Of a stretch of 64,000 bases of DNA, positions 8,977 to 17,408 are shown one piece after another. Below the pieces are notes generated by a model. It was not told the origin of the DNA. It saw only the letters and a list, made by a program, of their open reading frames with translations, and searched no databases. Position numbers and translations under genes: made by a program. Numbering within the stretch: the stretch's first letter is position 1; every line of letters starts with the position of its first letter. The stretch lies in IMG/VR virus record IMGVR_UViG_3300045988_125296. The stretch is one strand, 5' to 3'. This stretch comes from a virus.

Positions 8977-9273
8977 ATGGATATTAGAGTTAAAGAACCA
9001 ATTTACATAAGTTGTAAAGGTCAAGAATACGTAATACGTCCCGGAACAATTGGCGTAGATAAAAATAAGGTCGTTTATTTTTATGACGTAACACGGAGTT
9101 CTTCTGTCGGATTTTCTCGTGATTTTTGTATGGAGAATCCTCAAATTTTTCTTGTATCAAGAACTTTATCCGATAAAGAAGTTTCTCAAAGAGACGTATT
9201 CAAAATACTCGATGAGTACAACCGAAAGGAGTGCACTCTCTCAGATGTCTACGAACGAATAAAATCATTATAG
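8977..9273 (+). CDS. hypothetical protein
   Basis: 98-aa ORF. Confidence 0.6.
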   Translation: MDIRVKEPIYISCKGQEYVIRPGTIGVDKNKVVYFYDVTRSSSVGFSRDFCMENPQIFLVSRTLSDKEVSQRDVFKILDEYNRKECTLSDVYERIKSL

Positions 9274-9275
9274 CT

Positions 9276-9947
9276 ATGGCGTTGGACAAAACAAAAACAA
9301 ATCCCTATCTTGGATGTGCGGTGCATGAGAACCTAATTAAAATAGGTGTTGAGTCTCCTATGGTAGAAACTAAACTTTCAAAATACGAGGAACGACTTGT
9401 TACCATTACTCGAAATGTAAGCGAAATTATGGTGGCTCTTGGTCTTGACTTGAAAGATGATAGTCTTTGCGAGACCCCAAGAAGAATCGCTAAAATGTAT
9501 CTTAATGAGATTTTTTGGGGGCTTGACTACAATAATTTTCCCAAGATTACCACTATCGAAAATAAGATGCAATATGATAACGTATTGCTCGAACGACATA
9601 TAAAGGTTAATTCCACTTGTGAGCATCATTTTATCCCTATGATGGGAGAGGCTTTTATTGCTTATCTCCCTGATAAGAAAGTTATAGGTCTTTCTAAGAT
9701 TAACCGTATTGTGGAGTTTTTCTCTCGAAGACCACAAGTTCAAGAAAGGCTCACTGAACAGATATTTCATACTCTTTGTATGCTTTTAGAAACGGACAAC
9801 GTTGCGGTTCTTATTAAAGCTGAGCATACTTGTGTGAAACTTCGTGGAGTTGAAGATACAAACTCGGATACTATAACTTCTCGTTTAGGCGGAATCTTTT
9901 TTAATTCTCCTTCAAGAAACGAATTTTACCAGTCAATTAGACTATGA
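9276..9947 (+). CDS. folE: GTP cyclohydrolase I
   Basis: STCEHHFIPMMGEAFIAYLP...VIGLSKINRIVEFFSRRPQVQERLTEQI...KAEHTCVKLRGV matches the FolE active-site and signature blocks. ATG at 9276. Confidence 0.9.
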   Translation: MALDKTKTNPYLGCAVHENLIKIGVESPMVETKLSKYEERLVTITRNVSEIMVALGLDLKDDSLCETPRRIAKMYLNEIFWGLDYNNFPKITTIENKMQYDNVLLERHIKVNSTCEHHFIPMMGEAFIAYLPDKKVIGLSKINRIVEFFSRRPQVQERLTEQIFHTLCMLLETDNVAVLIKAEHTCVKLRGVEDTNSDTITSRLGGIFFNSPSRNEFYQSIRL

Positions 9948-10522
9948 AGAAATCCTATACAACGGTTAACAAGATAAATATAGATAACAGGCTCTTTACA
10001 GCTAAATTTTGTTGCGACTATGAGAAATGTAAAGGCGCTTGTTGTTATCAACCTCTCTCAGATACTGAACTTAACGGAGGTCAACTATCGGATTACGAAG
10101 CAGCTGACATTCTGTTTTATAGGAAACAACTCTCTTCTTTATGTGAGGAAGAATGTCAACAAATGGCACTTGAACAGCCTGTTAGTAAAGACGGTGATAC
10201 GTTTTATACCACCTTACAAAAAGAAAGATGTGTATTTTGTGATTTGAAAAAAGGAATTTGTGTTCTTAAAATAGCGAAAAAAAGTATATCCAGTATAGAT
10301 ATTCCATTAAGCTGTCAGCTATACCCTCTTATTTGGAGTGCCTTTCCAAGTTATGAGCAATTACAGATAGGCGATATATATGATGAGTATTGTGTACATG
10401 GTTACGAGAAAGGAGAGCGAGAGAATATTTTTATGCTTGACTTTTTAAGACCTCCTTTGGTTCGTGCTTTTGGAGAAAATTTTTTCCTTAAATTAAAAAG
10501 ACTTCAAAAGAAGTTTCTATAA
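9944..10522 (+). CDS. Cys-rich protein (DUF3109/YkgJ-like metal-cluster motif)
   Basis: ATGA overlap with folE. N-terminal FCCDYEKCKGACCYQPL. Further Cys pairs (CEEEC, CVFCDLKKGICV). Confidence 0.6.
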   Translation: MKKSYTTVNKINIDNRLFTAKFCCDYEKCKGACCYQPLSDTELNGGQLSDYEAADILFYRKQLSSLCEEECQQMALEQPVSKDGDTFYTTLQKERCVFCDLKKGICVLKIAKKSISSIDIPLSCQLYPLIWSAFPSYEQLQIGDIYDEYCVHGYEKGERENIFMLDFLRPPLVRAFGENFFLKLKRLQKKFL

Positions 10523-10546
10523 TTCCTCCATACATTTAATAACATT

Positions 10547-10579
10547 ACTCCCAGCATTTTGTTGGGAGTTTTATTTTTC
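10547..10579 (+). terminator. Rho-independent terminator
   Basis: ACTCCCA(10547-10553)...TGGGAGT(10563-10569) followed by TTTATTTTT. Confidence 0.55.
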
Positions 10580-10585
10580 ATAGAT

Positions 10586-10909
10586 ATGAACTACGATAAA
10601 GTAAGAGACCAATGGTTTTCCACACCTCCTTTTAAATTTGGAGTTTCGTTTTTGGGCAAGATTTATCCTAATAAGATTCCTGCGGGCACAGTGATGACGT
10701 TCTATTATAAAGAACGTCCTTATATAATGTTTCAGACTTTATTGGATATTTCTTGTTCTATCGAAAATAGAAGCCTCGTTTATTATGAACCGGGTTCTAT
10801 TGTCTTTTTAGGTGCTCCCTCACGTGTTTTACCAACACTCAGATTTGCCAACTGTCGCATGCCTACTCTTGAAGAATATGTTCGTTATATGGAATCTTTT
10901 ACAGTCTGA
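10586..10909 (+). CDS. hypothetical protein
   Basis: The track start 10559 (TTG) lies inside the terminator. First ATG at 10586 (MNYDKV). Confidence 0.6.
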   Translation: MNYDKVRDQWFSTPPFKFGVSFLGKIYPNKIPAGTVMTFYYKERPYIMFQTLLDISCSIENRSLVYYEPGSIVFLGAPSRVLPTLRFANCRMPTLEEYVRYMESFTV

Positions 10910-10927
10910 GGTTTATCATACGGACAA

Positions 10928-10959
10928 TTTGTTGAGTTCAATTTAATTTTATATATTTA
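10928..10959 (+). promoter_or_regulatory. near-consensus Bacteroides-type promoter
   Basis: TTTG(10928-10931)-N20-TATATTTA(10952-10959), 24 nt upstream of the ATG at 10983. Last base A instead of G. Confidence 0.4.
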
Positions 10960-10982
10960 TTATAGTAACTTAGTTTTTAGCT

Positions 10983-11258
10983 ATGCTTGTTGTGATATTT
11001 TTAATCTTATTCGGATTTTACATTTATCTTCTCATAAGGAATAAGAAAGTATACCTTTTTAGAGAATATCTAAGGGTTCGAGCTAATGACGAGATTCATC
11101 GTGTATTGAAAGAAGATATAGATAAATTTGAACCCTTGCTTGAAGAATGGTCTTATGCCTATAAGAGGCATAGCTATTCCAAAATGGTTTTTATTCCCAG
11201 ACCCTTAAAATCCAGCTATTGGTTTACTGAGGAAGAAGTTAAGAAATTTAATCTGTAA
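10983..11258 (+). CDS. hypothetical N-terminally membrane-anchored protein
   Basis: MLVVIFLILFGFYIYLLI hydrophobic N-terminus. 91 aa. Confidence 0.6.
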   Translation: MLVVIFLILFGFYIYLLIRNKKVYLFREYLRVRANDEIHRVLKEDIDKFEPLLEEWSYAYKRHSYSKMVFIPRPLKSSYWFTEEEVKKFNL

Positions 11259-11264
11259 CATCTT

Positions 11265-11396
11265 ATGAAGGAATGGTTGAAGAAATTTCAATGTTCGCAT
11301 GAGTGGGTGATATTACATATCACTCGTTACGAGACTTGTGATAAGCTCCTATTGACATGTAAGAAATGTGGAAAACTTAAAAAGAAAAGAATATGA
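11265..11396 (+). CDS. small Cys-containing protein (possible zinc ribbon)
   Basis: 43 codons read by hand (MKEWLKKFQCSHEW...TCDKLLLTCKKCGKLKKKRI). Below the ORF-track size cutoff. Confidence 0.4.
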   Translation: MKEWLKKFQCSHEWVILHITRYETCDKLLLTCKKCGKLKKKRI

Positions 11397-11572
11397 CAGT
11401 ACAAGAATTGATTGACGAACTTGAAAAAGTGGAAGATAAATCAGCCGAAGTGTTTTATGTACATGATATTTCAGATTATCAACTACATAGAGAAATTATA
11501 GAAAAACCATATTATGTCGAAGATATAGATGGGACCAATCCAGAAATTTGGTTAATTACAAATGGAGATTAA
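11393..11572 (+). CDS. hypothetical small acidic protein
   Basis: 59 codons read by hand. ATGA overlap with the previous stop. Confidence 0.45.
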   Translation: MTVQELIDELEKVEDKSAEVFYVHDISDYQLHREIIEKPYYVEDIDGTNPEIWLITNGD

Positions 11573-11574
11573 TT

Positions 11575-12306
11575 ATGGAAAGAAAAGTAGGAGAAATATT
11601 TGAGTACAACAGTGAGTGGTATCAATGCATGGAAGGAACAGGATGTTATAGATGTGCCTTTAATTATGATGGGAATACTTGCATTGTTGATAACCCGTAT
11701 TGTATATGTAGAAGCGATAAGAAGAATGTCATTTTCAAGAAACTTGAAAAGGTCGGAGAGCCTTTTGTTTATGAGGATAAAGTGCTTCAAAGATTGAGGT
11801 CTATTGATGGGTACTCATGTGTGCACTGTCTGTTTAAAGAGCAAGCGTGCAATTTTGACTCATGTGATAAAGACTCATTTTTAGTAGAAACCAAATTAAA
11901 ATCAGAAGATATGGAAGAAAAGAAATTGAATCTAAGACCCTTTGACCTTGAAGCAGCCAAAGCTGGTAAGCCAGTATATACTCGTGATGGTAGAAAGGCA
12001 AGGATTATTTCCTTTGATAGACATGGTGAAGATAGCCCCATTATTGCTCTTGTAGTTGATTCAAAAAATGCAGAATGTGAGGAGGTTATTGATTATACCT
12101 TAGACGGAATTTGTAATGAGAATATAATCAATCACAATAAATACGACCTCATGATGCTCTCCCAGAAGAAAGAGGGGTGGATTAATATCTATAAGGATCT
12201 TGATAATACACTTTATTGTGCTTATTTAACTAAGGAAGATGCCTTGAAAAATAGAAGTATAGGAGATGACTATATTACAACTATTAAAATCGAGTGGGAG
12301 GAGTAA
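11575..12306 (+). CDS. hypothetical Cys-rich protein
   Basis: First ATG at 11575 (MERKVGEIFEY). Cys-rich N-terminal half, then KPFDLEAAKAGKPVYTRDGRKARII module. Confidence 0.65.
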   Translation: MERKVGEIFEYNSEWYQCMEGTGCYRCAFNYDGNTCIVDNPYCICRSDKKNVIFKKLEKVGEPFVYEDKVLQRLRSIDGYSCVHCLFKEQACNFDSCDKDSFLVETKLKSEDMEEKKLNLRPFDLEAAKAGKPVYTRDGRKARIISFDRHGEDSPIIALVVDSKNAECEEVIDYTLDGICNENIINHNKYDLMMLSQKKEGWINIYKDLDNTLYCAYLTKEDALKNRSIGDDYITTIKIEWEE

Positions 12307-12308
12307 CT

Positions 12309-12551
12309 ATGAAGAAATTTTTATTGCTTTTATTAGTATCGCTTATACTAACAAGCTGCTATACAAATGGAGATACATTAATTGCTGTAAAAGAAGCACA
12401 CCCCGATAGTGAGATATACCGGATAAAGATAAATGAGTTCATACTTGTTGATTCCATAGGAATATGGTATGTGAATGCAAATATGAGTATAAAAGAACCA
12501 TATACAGAAAAACAATTAGTTAAACTTTGGAATAATCATGGGAGAAATTGA
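12309..12551 (+). CDS. putative lipoprotein
   Basis: MKKFLLLLLVSLILTSCYTNG: signal peptide with a lipobox-like LTSC. Confidence 0.6.
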   Translation: MKKFLLLLLVSLILTSCYTNGDTLIAVKEAHPDSEIYRIKINEFILVDSIGIWYVNANMSIKEPYTEKQLVKLWNNHGRN

Positions 12552-12603
12552 TATGTTACATAATAAGATATGCTACGAAATATAAAGACTTAATAGACGT
12601 ACA

Positions 12604-12918
12604 ATGAAAGCAAAAATTAAATCGACTGGCGAAGTCATAGAGGTATCACGGATAGAAGATATTATTACCAAAAGAGGAGTGCAGCGTCAATATGTTGATA
12701 ACAAGCGTAGTTGGTGCACATACGTGCAATCAGAGCTTGAATTTATTAAAGAAGAACCATGCAAGACTATTGATTGGGAGCAGCGCAGATACGAGATTGC
12801 GAAAAATGTACTTCCTGCTATCATGAATAAAGCGTCAGTTCATTTCACAAAAGAAGATATTATTCAATGTGCAGTGGATTTTGCAGATGCTCTTATTGAA
12901 AAATTGATAGGTAATTAA
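12604..12918 (+). CDS. hypothetical protein
   Basis: 104-aa ORF. Confidence 0.6.
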   Translation: MKAKIKSTGEVIEVSRIEDIITKRGVQRQYVDNKRSWCTYVQSELEFIKEEPCKTIDWEQRRYEIAKNVLPAIMNKASVHFTKEDIIQCAVDFADALIEKLIGN

Positions 12919-12952
12919 AATAGAAGACTTGTTATCAGATAGATAAAAACTT

Positions 12953-13210
12953 ATGGATACTTTGACTCTTGTAGAAATAATACTTAATTTATTGTCGTTT
13001 GTAGCGGTGCTGATTCTCTGTTATAAGTATATTAAATTGTCCAATCAAAAAGAGAATGAATACTATACCGATTATGTACACAATAGACTTATTCTCCGTG
13101 TTTATAAGCCAGAATTTGAGTATGAGGCGATAGGAAAACTACCTATTGAAAAAATCCTTGATAGAGGAAACCTCTCGCAATATTATGTTTGGGCTTTGAT
13201 TGAGAAATAA
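12953..13210 (+). CDS. hypothetical membrane-anchored protein
   Basis: N-terminal TM (LVEIILNLLSFVAVLILCY). Confidence 0.55.
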   Translation: MDTLTLVEIILNLLSFVAVLILCYKYIKLSNQKENEYYTDYVHNRLILRVYKPEFEYEAIGKLPIEKILDRGNLSQYYVWALIEK

Positions 13211-13277
13211 CTATGACTTGGAAAGTCCAAATGAAAGTCTTATATTTAATCTTTGTAAGTATTACACTAACTACATT

Positions 13278-13703
13278 ATGGATAATTTAATAGAACGCCC
13301 TGTATATTGCAGCGCATGTATTTTTAGAAAAACCGCTGATGCGGTTGAGGTATTATTTGTGGAGAACCATGACAAAAATATCGAAGGAGATTATAGACTT
13401 CCGGGGGGTCTTTTGTGTAAAGGTAAATCTGGCTCTCAGTTTATTGAGAATAAGATTCTTGAAGAAACAGACATCAATCTACATGGTTTATCCGTAGTTT
13501 GCGTTTCAACAGACGTTAAAGAATACGCTCAATATGTCCATATTATATACGGGCATTTCCTAACTGAGGACGAAGTAAGAGCACTTGTTACGACATCTAC
13601 TCACCACCATTGGATAGATATTTTTAGCTTAGCAGATTATTCTTTGTGCTTTTCACAACAAGAAAAAATTATTGATATAATACAGAGTGCTATGCACTCA
13701 TAG
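13278..13703 (+). CDS. Nudix-like hydrolase with degenerate Nudix box
   Basis: ATG at 13278. LPGGLLCKGKSGSQFIENKILEETDI approximates GX5EX7REUXEEXGU but lacks the first Glu and the Arg. Confidence 0.5.
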   Translation: MDNLIERPVYCSACIFRKTADAVEVLFVENHDKNIEGDYRLPGGLLCKGKSGSQFIENKILEETDINLHGLSVVCVSTDVKEYAQYVHIIYGHFLTEDEVRALVTTSTHHHWIDIFSLADYSLCFSQQEKIIDIIQSAMHS

Positions 13704-13715
13704 TGATTTAGTAAG

Positions 13716-14012
13716 ATGGATTTAAACAAGTTTGGAAGGAGAGCGTATAATTCTGCTCTAAAACGAGGTAAAATTCGTGAGAATCTTACAGTAGAAACAC
13801 TTCACGCTGAAACCATTGAGGGTCTTAGTGAGGAAGTAAAAGAAGTTATTGAAGCGAGTGAATCAGAAACATCTGAACACTTAAATGGCTACACTGCTGT
13901 TGTAGAGGAACTCGCAGATGTTGCCATAGTAGCTTTAACCGAACTCTACCGCAGAGGCGTTGATATAGAAGTGCTACTTCATGAAAAGATGAAGTACAAT
14001 GAGCAGAGATAA
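13716..14012 (+). CDS. MazG-like nucleoside triphosphate pyrophosphohydrolase
   Basis: All-alpha, 98 aa. EGLSEEVKEVIEA...EELADVAIVALTEL matches the MazG EExxE/ExxD metal-binding helices. Confidence 0.7.
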   Translation: MDLNKFGRRAYNSALKRGKIRENLTVETLHAETIEGLSEEVKEVIEASESETSEHLNGYTAVVEELADVAIVALTELYRRGVDIEVLLHEKMKYNEQR

Positions 14013-14062
14013 AATCTTTTTGAAACCCCATACTTCGGAAATAAAATAACAAGGATTATACT

Positions 14063-14410
14063 ATGGCTTTTGATAATGTAATTAAAGAACAATTAAAACT
14101 CGTAGAGACTTACTTATTAGAGTTCTGCGAAGTAAACGGGATTCCAGAAAGTGAACTAAAAAACCATTTGGTCGTTGCACGTTATCTATCGGATAACTCT
14201 GTAATGGCTGTTAACGTAGATGACCAAAGAGATGTGAAATTCGGTACGAGAATAAAAGTTCTTCACGAGGAAAAAGAACCTTTTGACATCGAATTTACAT
14301 TTGAGATTGAAATATTTGGAGAGTTCCTTGAACATAAGGATAAGTTTCCTAAGACCTTAAAACGGATTGAAGAAAATGGAGGAAATATTGCAATTACTTC
14401 GAGAGAATAA
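14063..14410 (+). CDS. hypothetical protein
   Basis: 115-aa ORF. Confidence 0.6.
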   Translation: MAFDNVIKEQLKLVETYLLEFCEVNGIPESELKNHLVVARYLSDNSVMAVNVDDQRDVKFGTRIKVLHEEKEPFDIEFTFEIEIFGEFLEHKDKFPKTLKRIEENGGNIAITSRE

Positions 14411-14552
14411 CGAGATGCTCAAAGAAATTGTCACTATTCTTAGAAAAATTCAAGACCCGGATTACATAATGGAGGAGAATACAACCGACTTCCTTATGAA
14501 TATCGTAGCTAATCTTGTGGCCTCCAAAATTGAAAACCCAAATAAAAAGTAA
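14376..14552 (+). CDS. hypothetical small protein
   Basis: ATG at 14376 (MEEILQLL). Overlaps the upstream gene's 3' end. Confidence 0.45.
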   Translation: MEEILQLLRENNEMLKEIVTILRKIQDPDYIMEENTTDFLMNIVANLVASKIENPNKK

Positions 14553-14556
14553 TGAT

Positions 14557-15189
14557 ATGAAGAAGTACATTGGAACAAAACATGTTGAAGCTGAACCGAT
14601 GACAATGGGTGAGGCTTATGAAAGAGGTTTATTGCAAGTCGGCAGAGTGCCCGATGTGGAGTCTGCAAAGCGCATGGGTTATCACGTTAGATATGCTGAC
14701 GGGTACGGGAGTTGGTCTCCGGCTAAACCTTTTGAAGAGGCATACAAGGTGGCTGATACATTCCTTGACCGTCTGCATATTGAGATGCGTCATTTATATG
14801 AGAAGATGGACAAACTCTCTCCATTTATTGAATCTGGCAAAATAGATGAGGTTGTGACTGACAAGTATCAGAACTATCTGCTTCGTTTACAGCATAAGGT
14901 CATGAGTCGGTATATCAATATATTAGAATGTCGTATTGGTAGGCTTGACGGCTCACCAGAAGCTCCCTTGCATCAAATGACATTTGGAGATGCGATAGAA
15001 ATTTTGAAGAATGGTGGTGTTGTCCGCAGAATAAATTGGACTCCACAATGGCGACTTGCCTATGTTCCTTTACGGAAGGACTCCACTATACGATATGTAG
15101 AACTTATCGATACAGATAACGGAACGTCAGAGTTTTGGCATCCTTGTATTGAGGATATGTTTGCTGAGGATTGGGAGATTGTTCTATGA
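14557..15189 (+). CDS. DUF2829 (Thoeris anti-defence Tad2-like) domain protein with N-terminal extension
   Basis: ATG at 14557. The C-terminal MTFGDAIEILKNGGVVRRINW...FWHPCIEDMFAEDWEIV resembles the DUF2829 start (FGeAleaLK.Gk.v.R.gW) and end (DllAeDW.i). Confidence 0.6.
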   Translation: MKKYIGTKHVEAEPMTMGEAYERGLLQVGRVPDVESAKRMGYHVRYADGYGSWSPAKPFEEAYKVADTFLDRLHIEMRHLYEKMDKLSPFIESGKIDEVVTDKYQNYLLRLQHKVMSRYINILECRIGRLDGSPEAPLHQMTFGDAIEILKNGGVVRRINWTPQWRLAYVPLRKDSTIRYVELIDTDNGTSEFWHPCIEDMFAEDWEIVL

Positions 15190-15501
15190 CACCATTTGAA
15201 ATCATTTTAGGTCTAAATTTAAGAAAATGAAAGATTTTCTGGAAAGGACTACTTCAATAGTGAACTTAATGGATGGTCTGATATTAGAAAAAAGAAACTT
15301 GAAAATCTGGCTGATAAATTTCAGAATAACAAATTTACTCTTGAACAAGGAGATAGGGTTGTGTGTATTCATTCTCTCGACACTTTTAGTAAAGGTAAAG
15401 TGTATGTTTCATCAGGTGGAAACTCTTTGTATGATAATACTGGCCGTTCAGTTACTTTAAACGAGGTTACTTTAAGCGATTGTTTTGTAAAACTAACATA
15501 G
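15186..15501 (+). CDS. interrupted ORF needing a +1 frame change at 15224-15230
   Basis: The ATG at 15186 (ATGA overlap) opens 14 codons ending AGA AAA TGA. Frame +1 (open from 15223 to TAG 15499-15501) reads protein-like but has no ATG/GTG/TTG in its first 45 codons. Confidence 0.45.
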
Positions 15502-15510
15502 ATATGTGTT

Positions 15511-16044
15511 ATGGAAATTAAACTTATTGACGCAATTGAGAATCCAGAAAAGTGCATCGCACTGAAAAGGATTCCGCATTACGCCCTTATTAAGGGCATT
15601 CCTTGTGTTCTTCTTTCTTCTGTGACATCTGCAAATGAAAAAGCTCTTTATCGGAGTATTCAAGAAACCCTTATTGAGGCTGACGTGTTTAGCCCATATT
15701 TCCAAGTAGACGTTGTGGAAATAACCGAGGAGACGTACAAAAAGATGGGAGGAAAAGAATTATGTACTGTCGTAACCATATACGATAGCTTTACTGGAAT
15801 CTATCCTACTATTAACATTGAGTGTTTCGATGAACATCGAAGGAAACTTGAAGAGGAATTGGAAATTAAATATGGAAAACAGTATGTCCTTTGCATAAAA
15901 AATTTTGTAATTGACGGAATCTCTTTTACTAAGGGGTATAAATATATGCTTTCTTGCCATCATATATTTAATGGAGAAAGTAAAGTAGATGTTCTTACTC
16001 TCAAAGAGAGAATTTTCGATGAACATTTTAGAATATTACCGTGA
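15511..16044 (+). CDS. hypothetical protein
   Basis: 177-aa ORF. Confidence 0.65.
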   Translation: MEIKLIDAIENPEKCIALKRIPHYALIKGIPCVLLSSVTSANEKALYRSIQETLIEADVFSPYFQVDVVEITEETYKKMGGKELCTVVTIYDSFTGIYPTINIECFDEHRRKLEEELEIKYGKQYVLCIKNFVIDGISFTKGYKYMLSCHHIFNGESKVDVLTLKERIFDEHFRILP

Positions 16045-16131
16045 AGTAAATTCGAGAGTTGGGGTATTCATTTTCCGTTCCCGAACCGCTTGACAAAATA
16101 GAAATTGTTAAATGGATGTATATCAACGATT

Positions 16132-16800
16132 ATGGATGACAATAAAGAACCAATAGAAGTTCCCTCATTACATGAGGTAATGAATAGAAAAGACGACAAG
16201 GATAAGTTTATTCTTACTCCGCTTTCCTATACAGATGATTATTTGGAACCATTTATTGGTGAGCGTACTGTGAGGTTCCACTATTACAAGCATCTACAAG
16301 CGTATATTGATAATATAAATCGCTTGAAAGGAGATTACTATACAGATTTTACTATCGAGAAACTCCTATTATTCTGTATAGACAGTTACGCAGATTTGTA
16401 TAAGAATGCATCTCAGGTGTTTAATCATTATTTCTACTTCGAGCAGTTAAATACGAGAGGTTCTAAACAGCCGTTGCCTATAATGTGGAGCCTCATTGTA
16501 AAATATTATGGCTCTTGGGATAATCTAAAAGCTCAAATAATTAAGGCCGGTATGAATATATTTGGTTCAGGGTGGGTGTTTCTTACAACTGATAAACAAA
16601 GGGAATGCTTATGGATAAGGTCATTCTCTGGAACAGGAACACCAAAAGGTACGTATGAGATTCCTATTCTTGCTCTTGATGTTTGGGAACATGCTTATTA
16701 TTTGGACTACCAGAACGATAGAAAACTTTACATTGAAAGATTCTTCGAGGCTATTGATTGGTCGGTAGTAGAAAGGAGACTCTGTGAGGTACAGAATTAA
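16132..16800 (+). CDS. Fe/Mn-family superoxide dismutase
   Basis: LSYTDDYLEPFI..RTVRFHYYKHLQAYIDNIN (N-domain) and DVWEHAYYLDYQNDRKLYIERFFEAIDWSVVERR (C-domain metal-ligand block). First in-frame ATG at 16132. Confidence 0.85.
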   Translation: MDDNKEPIEVPSLHEVMNRKDDKDKFILTPLSYTDDYLEPFIGERTVRFHYYKHLQAYIDNINRLKGDYYTDFTIEKLLLFCIDSYADLYKNASQVFNHYFYFEQLNTRGSKQPLPIMWSLIVKYYGSWDNLKAQIIKAGMNIFGSGWVFLTTDKQRECLWIRSFSGTGTPKGTYEIPILALDVWEHAYYLDYQNDRKLYIERFFEAIDWSVVERRLCEVQN

Positions 16801-16826
16801 ATGTGTAAAATTTTAGTATGTGCGGA

Positions 16827-16857
16827 TTTGTGGTTTAAATCAAAATTATTACCTTTG
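16827..16857 (+). promoter_or_regulatory. Bacteroides-type promoter upstream of dps
   Basis: TTTG(16827-16830)-N19-TACCTTTG(16850-16857), 22 nt before the ATG at 16879. Confidence 0.5.
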
Positions 16858-16878
16858 GAGGTGAAAACGTTATAAGCT

Positions 16879-17346
16879 ATGGCAAAAATAAATTCAGAAA
16901 CAGTTATCAAGTTGAAAAGGTTGCTTTCTTCATGGACAGTTTTCTATCAAAAAGCACATACTTATCATTGGGATTTGAAAGGTGAGAATTTTCTGTCTCT
17001 GCATAAGCACTTAGAAAAGTTATACGATGAAAGTGTCGAGCATACAGACGAAATTGCCGAACGATTGCGGCAAATTGGAGAAAAAACTTCTCTCACGTTG
17101 AAAAACGCATCAGAAAATTCCGTAGTAACGGATTCGAATGACGCAGAAACTCCTACTTATGTCGTACAAGATTTAATAGTCGGCATTACTAACTTAACCT
17201 TACTCCAAAATGAGATTTATTTCGAGGCTGACGAGCAAGGTGATTACGTAACTGCGGATTTGATGACCCAGCTAAGCAAATGGTGTGAATTTAATAGCTG
17301 GTTTTTAGCATCCATTGTCGGAGAAGATGCGGAGTCAAATATATAG
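16879..17346 (+). CDS. dps: Dps-family (ferritin-like) DNA protection protein
   Basis: YQKAHTYHWDLKGENFLSLHKHLEKLYDESVEHTDEIAERL matches the Dps ferroxidase signature HW.v.G..F..lH......Y......D.iAER. Confidence 0.85.
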   Translation: MAKINSETVIKLKRLLSSWTVFYQKAHTYHWDLKGENFLSLHKHLEKLYDESVEHTDEIAERLRQIGEKTSLTLKNASENSVVTDSNDAETPTYVVQDLIVGITNLTLLQNEIYFEADEQGDYVTADLMTQLSKWCEFNSWFLASIVGEDAESNI

Positions 17347-17408
17347 AGCACATTTCATAGATATATGCGTTCATAATTTTCTCAAAATTATCTACTATTT
17401 AGGTTGAA

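Noticed and set aside
15227-15460. 77-aa ORF from the track starting at the ATG at 15227.
   Set aside because: After about 10 residues the translation is an implausible L/I/N-rich string. The neighbouring frame (15223..15501) is much more protein-like. The locus is reported as an interrupted ORF instead.
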